A stretch of 64,000 nt of DNA from Phoronis australis (lineage: Eukaryota; Animalia; Phoronida): NCBI GenBank assembly GCA_002633005.1, contig NMRA01000006.1, positions 1,837,725 through 1,901,724 on the forward strand, written 5' to 3'. Shown in pieces: positions 25,121-38,400 of the stretch. The notes beneath the pieces were generated by a model. That model saw only the letters and a program-made list of their open reading frames with translations, was not told where the DNA came from and ran no database searches. The stretch's first letter is position 1. Each line of letters opens with the position of its first letter. The position numbers were made by a program, and so were the translations under genes.

Positions 25121-28100
25121 CTGTAGGATGATGAAATATGACAAAGTCGTGTTAACACAAAATGTGAAGATAATTCACTGTAGGCACGCACGTTACAGGC
25201 AGGTGCTGAGGCTAGGGGCTCATTATCACCTTACTAGCTGAAGAAATTAATTCAGTCAAGTGTTTCAGTCAATGAGGCCTTGCCATGTATAACTAATATT
25301 GACCATTAATCACAGACAGGCATGCAGGGAACTATTTTCAGTGACACTGATAGGAAATTATTAATGAGGAGCTGTGTCTCAGACAACACGCCGTCATCTG
25401 ATTTCAAAGTCATGACAAGTAAAAAGATCAAGCCAGCTCTGTACTTAGACAAAACATGGGTTGACATGCAAGGCAGTCTCCAAATAAAGTGTATGTCCAG
25501 TTACTTGTAGTCAATAGCCAAATCCCAGTGAGGATGAACAGCTGCCAGTGTTCGGCTTAGAAGGACGAGTCATGCATTCTAGAATTATACTTGATCGAAA
25601 ACTGTCAAAAAATTCTCACACTCGATGCAACCCATTGCACGACAACAAATCTTTAGGGGTTAGAAAAGACAAATTTTGCTGAGTTCAAAGAGGCATTTTG
25701 TCACTGTTTAATTGTCAATGTCGAACTCCTAACTGAAGTTTGAAAAAATTACCGTGCTCATCCGATCTGAAATCATAACTGAAGAGTTAACAACTCATCA
25801 CAGGCGATGCGTACATGCACTATTTTTGTGCAATTTTATGGTTGGCCAACCTCAATGAACTCTGAAGCATTTTCTTGCATCAGTAAAGGTTTCAGTGTTC
25901 TTATTAGTAATGAAAATAGATTCCTATCACACTAAGGCATATCAAGAGTCTGATTTTATGAGAGTAAAAGGGCCAATTCAATTTTTCTTTTTAGCCAGCC
26001 AACTTTCATGAAATACAGCTTCAATGTGTCAACAAAAGGCAAATACAATGAGATTGGAAGGAATATTTTGTTGGATCACCACGCACCTCTTGATTTTCAG
26101 ACATCAGTGTCTTCAGTGCAGACAGGCAGTGATGAGCAGTCTTCTCTGGTAGATCACTCATTAAACACTGCAGTACTGCACTGCCAATTTCAACCGCTGT
26201 GTCATCCGTCACCTAAAATTAATGAAGTAATAAAAGAACGATGGCTAATTAACCACATTGTAAAAACAACAACAAAAGTAGATTTGAGGCTGCTTCTTGT
26301 GAATGTAACACAACAAAATTTAATGCAGGATTTTTTCCTTAATTCAAGATTTCAACAAAACCTCTTTCAAATAGACAGTTACCACAGGTATAAATCATGA
26401 CTTTCAGCCAAAAGGTCAGCGAGCAGGCCCTGACATTGTCCAGAATACTCCTTAAATTAGAAGGGCTGCAATGAAAACCCCTTTCGTACCTTATACTGAG
26501 TGACATTGTAGCTCAACGTTGCACCCGCTTCCCGAACTTCGCAATTTTCTTGCAGCAAACAGAAGACACAGCACCCCCCTGTCACCATACGATTAGTGAC
26601 CGGCAGAGACTCCATGGTGAACTCTTCACGACTCAACAGCCAATCAACTCCCTTCTGGCTCTGGCAACAGTTTGACAGCTGGAAAGAACATAGACAATCC
26701 ACATATAGTGTTTTAGTTTCAATTCGAAGATTTCATCGATGGCACTGATGTCATTTTCCAAGTGCATTCTGGGGCGGTTGTCTACTCGTAAACATCTGGT
26801 GACATCACAGATAACTTGCAGACATGCTATCTGACTTATAATTTGCACCTTAGGTGGCATTTCAGGTAATTTCAGCATAATCCAATAGCACATGCCTACA
26901 GAGTCTCATACAAAAGATTTGGTAATCCATTAATTTGATGCATTTTGAGACTCACTTTCAAGCTTTTAATTTTGCATGATTGCTTACTTGTATTTGCACC
27001 AAAGAGCACATTGACTTCGACTGTATTTTCAATCGTTACATGCCCAAAAGACAAGTGTTGGTTTTCGTCTAATAATTTGCATGTAACGAAGTAATCTGTG
27101 ATGTTACCTGAGATTTACAAGCCAAAAACTGTCCCACTATGCATTTGAAAAACAACTGCAGTGGAAGGAGATGAAATCCTCCAAATTGGTAACTGATTTT
27201 TTCTGAATAGCAATGAATATGACAGGCTCTAGTGCAAAGCACACACACAAGACAAAACTGTCCACTAAATATTCAAGCGTCTACTAGCAAATGTAAACAC
27301 AGATTACTAAAATGTTTATAGCAAATTGATAGATGATATACCTTGTTGTAAATGAGTATGAGATCATGCACATGGATTTATGCTATGAAAATCAATAACA
27401 ATAAAAATATCCCTATTACTTTTATTGCATTTCTTTGTTGTCTTTATATTAACAACTATTATTCTGCGCAGGTGTGGATCCAGGGGGTCTGAGAATGTGC
27501 AGGTAAAGTGAGCACACGTTGTATTCCTCTACTACTTTTAATAAAAATGTGGATGAACAGGTCAGGTCTCGACCCTTTTGACATCCATCTGCATCTCACT
27601 GGGACCTTCCACAAACACTCCGCCCCAAATAAAGGCACGTGTGCTTATAATAGGGAATATTCTTCAAACATACAATAGGCGACAGTTAAATTTCACTGCA
27701 GCTCGAAGGCTACTCCCAAAGGTAACTATGTTGGTAAGTGTCAAAGGAAAACAAGGCTCAAAGAGAAACAGGACAAAGTTTCCTTCACCACCTTATAAAC
27801 TAAACTTAACTAATGGTGTCATTGGTACACAAAATCCTTATTCTATGTTGACGACGCTATTGTCAGTGACCAAGGAACATGAGCTGTCTACAAAAAGGGA
27901 ACTATAAGTTCTCCGATTCAGTGCCGTGTTGTTGACACATTTTCCATTACTAGGCCCTCTTACCGATTTTAAACCAGCACTTGTATTTGGGGTAATAGAA
28001 AGACAAAAATATGCAATTTTCTGAATACCAGGAAAATCACAACAATCTTTTCAAGGGCGCTTATTGAAACATATCACCAGTACCATAGCAAGATGACAAT

Positions 28101-31100
28101 GTGTCAGCCCACAAAAACCAAAATCCACAACAGACTCCTGAGTATAAAACTTACAACTCTCACGACGCCAACTTGTTCGCCTCGCCGCAGCTGACTGATG
28201 TTGCAAGCGTATTCCATTATGCCATGCATATTATAGTGTAGCATCATACTGACTATGTCCTCGTTTAGAACTAGTTGCTGCAGAATACCCAGCAGTTTTA
28301 TCTTTTTGTCGCTCTCAACACGATTGTTGAGTAGAAGGTTTTCTGCAACAAACGTATGAACAATAAACACGTAATAAATGTAGTTAGTTTTGTGTAGGAA
28401 TTACCTTTTAACATGGCCTACAAATCTACATGGTATCCAGTGTTCGATGTTATTTAAAAGGAATTTAAAAGGCAGGATGATAATTATGAAGTTTTCAATA
28501 CAAAAAAGAGCAATGCGGAGCATTGAAATGTATCAACGACAGATGATATGCTTCTAGGAGAGTTTATTAGTATCAATGAAATGACCATTAGATGGCGAAG
28601 AATACAACAAAGCACTCCAAAAATGAGTAGGAGTCGTCAGCACCTAAATAGAAAAAATAATTGCTAAATTTCACAGAACTCAGGCCTGTTACATACCTTG
28701 TCTCAAGTCTGATATTTCAAACTTAGATCCAGAATAAGAATCATTTTAATTCAAATCAATTAAACCTCGACAATGGAAATTTTAGAAGACATTGCAACAA
28801 CCTCGATTCAACAGGTAAGCGATTGACAGAAATTTCTCAAAAAATGGGGAAAATCTAAAATAAAGTAGCAAAATTTTATTTAGAGGTACATAACATGGTT
28901 TAATAAATGTTATATGTTGACTATTATACAGACAATGCTATCAGAACTTACTTACCAATCAACTGTATGTGTGTCTTTCCCACAGACCACGAACATTGAT
29001 CATTAGACACATATTCGCAGATTTCTTGTAATCTTTTTTTATCACCTTCACTATCGGTCGCTGTATCCTTTAGGGATGAGAATTCTACCTGGTAATTTAA
29101 AATCATAATTTACAAAAAAAAAACAACATTACGTTGTCGGAGACATTCAGACAGCTCCTATGGTCATAAATATGGGCTAAAATAGTGCTTCACAAGGACA
29201 GAAATTCCTCACAAAAATGATTGGTGAAATGGTAATAGTTCTATTTTTTATGCAATAATAAAGGAACCTTCACCAAATGTTCCTTACGACATTGATACAA
29301 TACAGACCAAGCAAATATCAGACTGAAATTTTCTTCATTTAATCTCAATTTTTGTTCAGAAATTGGCAATGGAATTTCATTTGTTTGCCATAATTTGTGC
29401 TAAACAAGAAAAGAATTGTTCATTCACATGATTCAGCTGACAATCTGAAAATAATTCCATACAGTAAATGCCAAAGGCAATTAGATAAAAATATTTTTTC
29501 AATCATGACTGCTCAACAATGACACACCATGACCAACCACAATGAGTCAATCTAAATATCCTGAAGAAGAATTGCACTTGTACTGAAGCATCATGAAAGG
29601 AAATTCCGCCAGCGCTCAGCCATCATGGCTGGGAATTCCGAGTCATTTTATCAAATGGCGATTGACATTAACCTACAACACGTAGTACAGGATAGTAGGA
29701 TAGTTCATTATTAATGAAACAACAAGATAAAGTTATGACGCAGAGGGTGTAAGTATTACAGTAATAATTTTTACAAATAAATACCTTAGGATCAGTAAAT
29801 GTGACTATAGATGGACTACTCGGCTTTGTGTCATCAGATTTTGAATGGTTGTCTACAGACGAGGAAGCAGCCTCTGTGCTCGGTGGTTGATCCACATTGT
29901 TCTGCAGATAAGAGCAAAACACGAGGGTAGTTGACATCACTGCATCGCATCAGAAATTTCGTCAGTAGATTTGAACAAGAACCGCTGGCGCAACCAATTC
30001 TCTTGATGACTATCACTGGTCTAAATTCTTTTTGTGCGGAGCAGGACAATTACCAAAGTAGCAATGACTTGTGACAATAAAACACTGGCTGACATAAATT
30101 GCAAATCGTACGATGAAACTTGTAATTTTTTAACTATTTGGGTTCTGAAATGTTAAATTAGGATTTCCCAAACGAAATACAATAAAAATTAGCCAAAAAC
30201 GATGTGATTGGATTTGGTTTCTTGATCAGAATTTTGATCACCTTAATGTAATCATTGTGGTGTGGATAATTGGCGTGCGAGTCATGATGCGAGACAAAAG
30301 ACTGCGCAAACGCATGGACTAGGTTGATATCTGGATTTGGAAAATGCTATCGTCTAGAGTTGAAACTGAACAAGAGATATTTGTAAACCATTGTTTCTGT
30401 TTAAAATTGGCTGAGACACCTGACTGATCTATAAGCCAGAATTCGTCATAAAAAAATAATCAAATGCCTTAGTCAGTTCACCCGACTGAACCGGCGTATT
30501 AAATTCAAGTGCTGCCATTGCATTTTCTGCTTGAAAAGGGATTTCACACCCAACTTCCTAATTTCCATTTGACTGACAATTTGACTGACATGTAACTGTG
30601 TCTGAAAGTGGTACAAGGGCAGTCCATCAAAAACAATATATTCATGGTGTGTTCATGAAGGATCAGGAACTGAGACAGCCATTTGATCCTGGAACCATAA
30701 CCACCTGACCTGAAACCGTTATCAACCCGACAATGTAATTAACCAATGGCACCATACCTGATTGTTAGCGTTTGTATTTCCTCCAAACATTGGATGCCCT
30801 TGGCCATGTGACATGCTGTCTATGAACGTTTTCAACATGGCCCCCATTGGTCTGAAATGCAACGAAACGAGTTAGTTCACACTGTCTTCCAATAGGGGCT
30901 ACGTATCTGGACATTCACTGCATGTTAACTACATTTTTCATAATGGTCTTCTTGCAAAACTCAAAGTCATCAACTTAGAACTGGCTACTGCAGAAAAATC
31001 AACACAAACGTCATTTACTTTATGATAGAATTTATAGTACTTATAGCCTCATTTAAACAACCAGTTAATGTAGAGAAATCAAACATGGACGTATTCATGA

Positions 31101-34100
31101 GAGTCTACCGAAAGAGTATCATACATACACACATATTCAGTATGTTATTGCAAGGACACTGGCTCCAATAAAATGCACAATGGTCTATGATAGATGTTAG
31201 CCGACATCCATTTTCTGTCATATCACATTAGCATACTCATGAAGCTCAATCATTTAGCGATGACTGTAGTCAATCATTTAGTGATGACTGTAGTCAGTCT
31301 ATTTTCTTGAGACCTTGCGTCACACAGAACAAAAAAGCAAAAATTGTATAAATTACAAGAAGATGAATTATATAAAAATGTATTACAAACCCAATGTTTC
31401 TAGCACTGATCTTTCTCAAAACATATGTGACACGCTTTTAGAAAGAGCAATATTGACGTTCGACTTATCATAATATATAAGGTATTATTTAGTTTTTATT
31501 GTTCGTAAAGGCAATGGGTTGAACATCTCTAATCGAAGAAGAAAAGGATGATTGACTTTTCAAAAGTTGTTAGCTGAAAAAAGCATGTAACAGGAATCCG
31601 ACCAACTCTCACCAATTTGAGACAAACATAATTGCCAACATCGCTTTTTTTCATTTTTCAAAGGCTTTGAGCATTGTGAATACTAACAACTTCCCAAAAC
31701 ATTCATGGTCTGATGGTAGTTACGGCTATTCATCTTTTATGAAAAAAATTAAAAAATATAAAAATTTACGTGTCCGTCATATCTTATCGCAAACCAGTGA
31801 CATTTTATCCTACTCACGTCTGAAGTACTTCTGCTGGTAAATTAGTTATGTAACTGGGAATGTCTTGTCCAGTTAGGAATTGCGCCACTTCTGAACTGAA
31901 GTTGTTACAGTTATGTTCAAGTAAATGATAACTGGATGGTCTGTAAGAGGAGAAATAAAATTAAACGATATCATAATCCAATTACTTTCGCTTGGATACA
32001 AACAAACTTCAAAAGGTTGACGGCTCTAGTAATAATTCCTTCATTTAGGACAACTTCAGTTCTTCACGACTGAAACTTGCTTTAAAAGATATTTCCTCAC
32101 CAATTTTATTTCAATAACAGAAGGGTACCTTCCTATCAAAAACATTTTAGCAGTCTTAGACAGTTCATAACTTTTTAATGGTCCTAGATAAAAATTGGAA
32201 AGGACCTGCCATTAAAGAATTCTTACAATAACTTGATCAGACACGACAGGTGCTGTCAGGTCATGTGATACTCAACTCCAATGAATAACCAAAATACAGA
32301 GGAAAATATAGTCTGGACACTTTCAGAAAGCAACGTTTGATTTCTCACGAACTTCATAAAAGAATCCATCCATCTCCAAATAAAATACTTACTTGAAAGA
32401 TGTTTGTGACAATTCAAACAGGTAATCTGAGAACATGTCAAAGGGAATCTGAGTGTTGCCCAAGTTCACTATTGTGTCAGGGGGTCCCAGTATTGTGCCA
32501 GACTGAAAGTAACATGGCATACAATATGCAACATTGATGCATGAATATCATAATCAACAATATCAACATCTTATATCAAATGATACCCTGCAGAAGAAAT
32601 ATCTAAAATTAAATGAATATCTTTACTACTATAGTCATAACCAAATGTAGGTGCATAAACCTACATACAAAACATTTTGAGTAAAACCAAACAGCACCAT
32701 TAATATCAAAACACCTCACGCAGACATAATCTCCGCGTCACGAACGAGAACCAAATTTTCCACTTAGAACACTTCCCACTATAAACTTGACCTCAATTTG
32801 TTCCCAGCTCAGACGAGAAGCAATTTATGGGTTTGCAAAGACTTGATAATTGATTATTCTATAGATGCTTGGTGCATAAAATGGCACCCAATGACAAGAC
32901 AATCAGTAAAGCCTAATTTAGACCCATAATGAACTGCTAGTTTTTTTGAAGCCCCGAATTGACTAAGGAAGAATTTGAGTCCAATTCAAGTTATTTTTTC
33001 ACGGAAGGCAGGTTTTTAGTCACTCAAGTTTGATGTTTTTCGTCATTACGGTATAATAATTCCAGCACATTTTAAATTTTGAGATTAAACCCTGTATTGA
33101 CAAATAGTAGTGAGCTTGTACCGCAGACCAGCATTTGCAAATTTAAGCTTATTGGCCTATATGAGAAACACAAAAACGTTTTTCACAGTGATTTCACTTA
33201 GGCATGTTCTAAAATGTGGGCATTTTGGGTAATACCGTCCTTTTCATCAATAGTTAGGAACTAATTTTATCAAATTCATACAATGAGTTTGTAGTCCTTA
33301 AATAATTATTGTCATAAGAACCAACAGAACAAAGTGGTGAAATATCAAACAGACTTTCATTTGAAATCGCATCTACAGTACATGTTTTACAGTATCAACA
33401 ATTACCAACATAGTAAACTTGCTTGAAGTAAATTTTATTGAGAATTATGACTGCAAGAAAAATAATTACACTCACTGGAGGACAGTTGTTGATTCCATCA
33501 CCTCCGAAGAAAAACTCTTGGCCAAAAGCGACAATTCCAGTGTGCCACACACCATCAATCTGTTTGCCTGAACAATTTAGAAACAACACAAGAATGAACC
33601 ACAACTCCAGTACAACAAACCTTTAATGAAGTGTTACTTTTGTGACACAGATTATTAAATTGAGAAACATGACCAATGAGTTACAAGTACATGTAATTCT
33701 TCACTAATTTAACATACAACATGGTGAACTAGTGAAGTTTTATTTTGTCAAATTAATCAACAAAAATAAAGATTATGAAAATTCAAGCCTAACATTTGCT
33801 TGGTCGGTAAAGTAATAGTTGTCGTAAGAAAATCTTGTAGATTCCATTACTCATATTATGCTCACCAGCCTTAGAAAAATAGACACAGATGATTTTACCA
33901 ATTACTTTTGTGCAAAATAAAATAAGTTTTTTCAGTTTTTGAAACATTTATTTAATCATTCTCACAGGCAAATATAAACACCCAGTAAAGGTGAGTCGGA
34001 ATGATTACGAAATATACATCGATATTAACTGTTTTCCCATTCGCTCACATTCACCCTAGGTCATACAGTATTTTCAGACTACATAATCATAAACAAAGGC

Positions 34101-35195
34101 TGTTCCTTCCCTAGAACATGGTAAGTCATCTGATTACAATGAAAAAATGCAAAACCAAAAATTTCAAGTGAAAACACCAGAAGCTTTAGTGGGATAACTA
34201 ACACGGCCACCAAAGCACCATCTTGTCTTGACTAGGCTATATCACGGGGGGTGGCAAACAAAGTAAAGAGTGAACTGGAAATTGACATATTGCTCAAATG
34301 CTATCCTTAGTCAGGGCTAGGCTATTCAGAACCCATAGGGAGTAATAAATTATCTTCTCAGCCAGGACCATAATCCATGGAGAAGGCGCCAACCTGGTGG
34401 TGGTGGATCCAGAACACAAACATTGTTGCAGAGGACAAATTCCATAACATGGGTGAGTGGTGCTGAGGGCAATTGGTGAGGGTGATGCTGAGATGTGTAG
34501 CCAAGAGGTGTGCCCATTCTGCAGAAGGAGTGTGGTATCACACGACGTCCGGGCACAATAGTCTGATCAAACCTCTTCAAGCCCCTAGCTATGCGGCAGT
34601 TGCCTCCCAGTATTAGCCGAACAGCGTGGTTGTTTGACTCTCACGCTGCATGGGAACCCCGGTTCAAGTCTCAGTGTCCATGGATTTTTCAATTTAGAAT
34701 ATGACAACAGACTCTTGCAAGGCACAAAATACAATATCTGCATTGTGTGCCCGATTGGAGAAGGCATTACCTGATTTAGAGAACAAGTTTCATCCACTGT
34801 CACGTGATTGTGAAGTGAATAACAGGCAAATTATTCAGTGATAGTCTGGGGTTCTCTAAACCAGAGACCAGTAAATACTAGTAATCAGATATAAAATGCC
34901 CAGATTTTGAGAAAAAAAATACTCCACTGAATAATGTTGATCAAACTGGTGATCAAAATGTGGGCATCTTATATTTGATTATTGCCCAGGGACCGCTAAT
35001 AACTTCGTCAGAATGACACTCAAGCTGAAGTCTCAGCCTCAGCCCAGGCAACTGCACCGAGACTGACTGCGGACTGACTTACAGAGCACATTCAAAACAT
35101 CAATATTCATCATTACCAATTAAAGCCCTCGACATGGTCCTTGCCAGGCCCTTAGAAATGTCGTATATATACACTTTCACTGGAGTTTCACTCAT
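25016..35195 (-). CDS. DESI1: Desumoylating isopeptidase 1-like (PPPDE, peptidase C97) with C-terminal helical PUL-like domain; 11 exons, 451 aa
   Basis: Exons 35195-35117, 33567-33476, 32502-32393, 31940-31818, 30851-30758, 29901-29785, 29088-28956, 28342-28155, 26678-26490, 26212-26087, 25120-25016 total 1356 nt, all GT-AG and in phase. The translation [74 protein letters not shown] is DESI1-like, with the catalytic His (WHT) and Cys (NCN). Confidence 0.92.
26087..26212 (-). CDS. DESI1: DESI1-like exon 10 ([17 protein letters not shown]...)
   Basis: Acceptor tttag, donor GAG|gtgcgt. Confidence 0.78.
26490..26678 (-). CDS. DESI1: DESI1-like exon 9 ([14 protein letters not shown])
   Basis: Within ORF 26457-26702; ARM/PUL-like 'L.N' and 'A..L.YN' patterns. 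Confidence 0.8.
28155..28342 (-). CDS. DESI1: DESI1-like exon 8, helical domain
   Basis: Within ORF 28104-28370; canonical sites. Confidence 0.8.
28956..29088 (-). CDS. DESI1: DESI1-like exon 7 (..[21 protein letters not shown])
   Basis: Open frame, phase 0 to phase 1, donor gtaagt. Confidence 0.8.
29785..29901 (-). CDS. DESI1: DESI1-like exon 6, Ser/Pro-rich linker
   Basis: Acceptor ctgcag, donor AAG|gtattt; 117 nt in frame. Confidence 0.8.
30758..30851 (-). CDS. DESI1: DESI1-like exon 5 ([14 protein letters not shown]...NNQ)
   Basis: Resembles the TPFG..L...LDS segment of DESI1; donor CAG|gtatgg. Confidence 0.85.
31247..31296. repeat. 24-bp tandem duplication
   Basis: caatcatttag(c/t)gatgactgtagt x2. 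Confidence 0.7.
31818..31940 (-). CDS. DESI1: DESI1-like exon 4 ([12 protein letters not shown]..., catalytic Cys)
   Basis: PPPDE NCN motif; donor gtgagt. Confidence 0.93.
32393..32502 (-). CDS. DESI1: DESI1-like exon 3 ([17 protein letters not shown]...)
   Basis: Conserved GT.LG.PD..V.LG.T motif; donor gtaagt. Confidence 0.92.
33476..33567 (-). CDS. DESI1: DESI1-like exon 2 ([30 protein letters not shown])
   Basis: Catalytic His motif; canonical splice sites. Confidence 0.92.
34605..34690 (+). mobile_element. tRNA(Glu-CTC)-like SINE head in DESI1 intron 1
   Basis: tccc..tagccg..gtggtt..ctCTCac..cccggttcaagtc loosely follows the tRNA-Glu layout; the cloverleaf is not intact. Confidence 0.35.
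35117..35195 (-). CDS. DESI1: DESI1-like exon 1 ([27 protein letters not shown])
   Basis: ATG at 35195, donor G|gtaatg. Confidence 0.9.
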
Positions 35196-35420
35196 TTTTG
35201 GTGCGTAACACAGCTACATGGACTACCAAAGATGCAAGTCACTGGCTGACAGCCCAAATCACAAACACTACGTCCGTAAAGAGGTCACATTAGTCGTAAA
35301 ACCGGAAACGTATGCATCGAGAGCCACCTTGTGGCAATGTTGGAGCGCTAGCAGACGGAAATTTCTCTATTTCGCATCGAAAAATCACTATTTACGGTAC
35401 GTATTAGCGCAAGACACTGA
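35196..35420. promoter_or_regulatory. Probable DESI1 promoter, possibly bidirectional toward the SUN gene
   Basis: CpG-enriched patch directly upstream of the DESI1 ATG, with ETS-like CCGGAA (~35302) and ACGGAAAT (~35355). The genes are arranged head-to-head. Confidence 0.4.
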
Positions 35421-38400
35421 TCTTTAATATTGAAGCGTAGTCTGTGTCTATTATGCTTTTTGATTTTAGAAACTAGTCTGTGCAGGCTTACATTAGTACT
35501 GTGCCAGTTGGTGTTTTTTACTCCATCGGCACCTCACACAGTCGCATTCACGTGTTCACAATCACATTCAGCATAAAAAAATTGTAGTGCTAGCCCACTG
35601 CAGACCCTCACACGGAATTCATTGTCTAATAACACTACGTACTTCTTCTGAAAATAGCCACCAGTGTTCTACAGCTTTGTACCAAAAACGTAACACTTGT
35701 CTGCCATGTGTCCTAGTAGTATACTATTACTATCGGGTGAGGATTTTGCCGTGTGTCAGTAACTTAAGCAATGGCCAAGAAGGCAAGAAGAGATTTAGCC
35801 CAAAATTATACATTTTTAGAATTAATAAAAGTAAAAATGTTGAAATAAAAAAATAAAAAATCCACTTTCCAGAGATTAATTGTCATGCTTATGAATGATA
35901 CCTGATCTAAAACTAGCCTTGGCCCTATAACATTTTAAACTCAGCTTCACTTTTTATAAAATTTTATATTCATTACTCTAATCAGCTTTTAAAACATGAG
36001 TTTGAGCAATATTGTTAACATTGGTTCAAGACCAATGGCCACATGACCACTGTAACTAAAACTGTAGTTAAATTATAACTTTTTCAATTCCATTGTGGCT
36101 ATCCACTGGGCACATATTTTAGAAACTTAAAGTAACTGTGGAAACGGTAACATGAACCACAGCCTGGAAAACTTGTTGGTGAATTTACTGCTGTGGTAGC
36201 TGAGTGTGTTGTATAAACCTCAGGAATATTTCTTTGGGACTATTTATCAGTTGTGTTCTAAACATCACCACCATACCTTTACCTGGAGGCTATTTGCCAT
36301 TTGATTGTGATGTTGCTTTGTACCGAAATAATCAAAACAGTTGTTTTCTTTACCAATGAGAACTCTGGTTTGTGTCATTGGATAAGCTATTACAAGTATA
36401 CTACTTGACTTGTGTTTCTTTTGTTTGTTTATTGTAATTGGCGCTAAAACTGAATTGTCACCCACCTTGTCAGTCCAGCATCAGCAATCCAGGTACTACA
36501 CTAGAGATATGGAGTGATGCTTGGTGCTCCTGTGTCTTGGGACAGGTACAGTAGCACTTCACTTGTTTAGCATACAATATGCTGCAGGGCTGATAAGTGA
36601 AGCTTTGTTTAGAAAAAATTCTCCGCAATAGTAAATATTAAGAACATTTTAATTTATTACAAGCAGTGTGTAGATGTCATAAACCATGTGCTAAAGTTCC
36701 CTTCATTTACAAAACGGTAGTCAGCCATTCAAAAATTACCATTTTGGCAATTTAAACTGGAGAGTTACAGTTAAAATACAATTTTGTGTAGTAGAAACAG
36801 GCTAAGTGTTCTTGGTACTTCAACATGATAGAACATTATGAAGGGAAATGTCTGCGAATTAAATTTATTTAAAGATTTGCATTTAACGTTATATCGCTAT
36901 GAATCCATGGTAAAATTTTTTGCACTGAAACTCTTAGTTTCGCTGGATTAATCTGGAAAACACGATTCATGACATGTGGTTTGTTGATTCAATTAAAATT
37001 CCAATGGTAATGTTTGGATTAAAAAAGCACTGGTGCTGGTACATGTGTTGTACTGCACTGTCTGTGTTGTGTCAGTGCTAATAGGGGTGATGTAATTACT
37101 TTCTGGTATTCATAACGGAATTCTTTGGTGACACAACTGTTTGTGGAATTAATCATGTGTATTTTTTATGAAATATTTCTGGGATTTCAAAATGAACGAG
37201 AAGGGCACTGTTACTATTTGTGCAGAACGCAATCAAGTTGTACCCTATCCTTTTAACCTGAGCCCAGAGACAGCCTATGATAATTCTTGACTTTTCGGCG
37301 TGTAATGGACTACATATAATCAGGTGCAGAGAATGAGCTGAAACTTATATACTAGCAGCTTGTGTTAAAGGTCAATTCTTATTTCGTTTGGCTAGTTTGA
37401 GTCGTCTACCAATTTTGGACAAAAGTAATTTCAAGATTGCCATTTGCTCATTTTTCAAGAGCTTCTAACATGGTAGCCTCCTGTGTCTGCACAAATACGG
37501 TTTGTCATTATCCACTCCTGTAAATTTGATAGAGTGTTTTGCATTTTTCAGTGCATCAGGTGTTTGACTTATATAAAATGATAAAAATTCATCGAACATA
37601 TAGTGATCTTAACGAATTAAAGTACAAACTGAAAACTAATTCTTGAGTACCATATTATCGTCTTAACTGTTTCTGCTTAATTTAAAAGGATACTAAACCC
37701 TGCTTTGATGATTTCAAACAATCCTCGTAGTTCCGTTTCTGTCTTTATTTTATCGTTGGTGTCAAAGACGTGAATCAACTAAAACTCATACTACTGGCAT
37801 GTCACAGATTGGACACTATGGCCCTGGGTGGGTGGTCTTTAACTACAGTTGCAGTCGTGTAACATGCTGTGAACAGTCCCACTAAATAAGATTGGTCCTA
37901 ACCCCGGTCGTCAAGGTAAACAGTGGTGTATGGAAAAGTGAACTAGACCGTATTTATCCACCTTGGCTGAGTCACGCTCGGCTCACGATCAAAGGGATGC
38001 CGCCAAGCTGCTATATTCATCGAGTCACGAGCGAGGATAATTGGCTTCGCTCATGCGGATATGATCAGCTGATTACAATCTACCTAGCAGACTGTACTTT
38101 TTATGGAGAGAGTTACAAGTAGTTTTTACTGTAATATTTGAAAAGAGGAGCGAAAACAAATATGAGTACAACTTTGAATTTTTCAAATCAGCCCAGGATA
38201 AGAGATTTTGCATCACAGCAACACTCACGATTACTTTCAATCGGCGCGCACGAATACAAAAATATAGGACCCAAGTTATTTAGATTTTGGAACACATGCA
38301 TTGCAATATTCAAAATACGTTTATTATGAATCTTACAAGCTGTAAAACGACATTGTTTAATTTCATTGTGCTCATTCATTGTCATCCGTCAAATCGGCAA

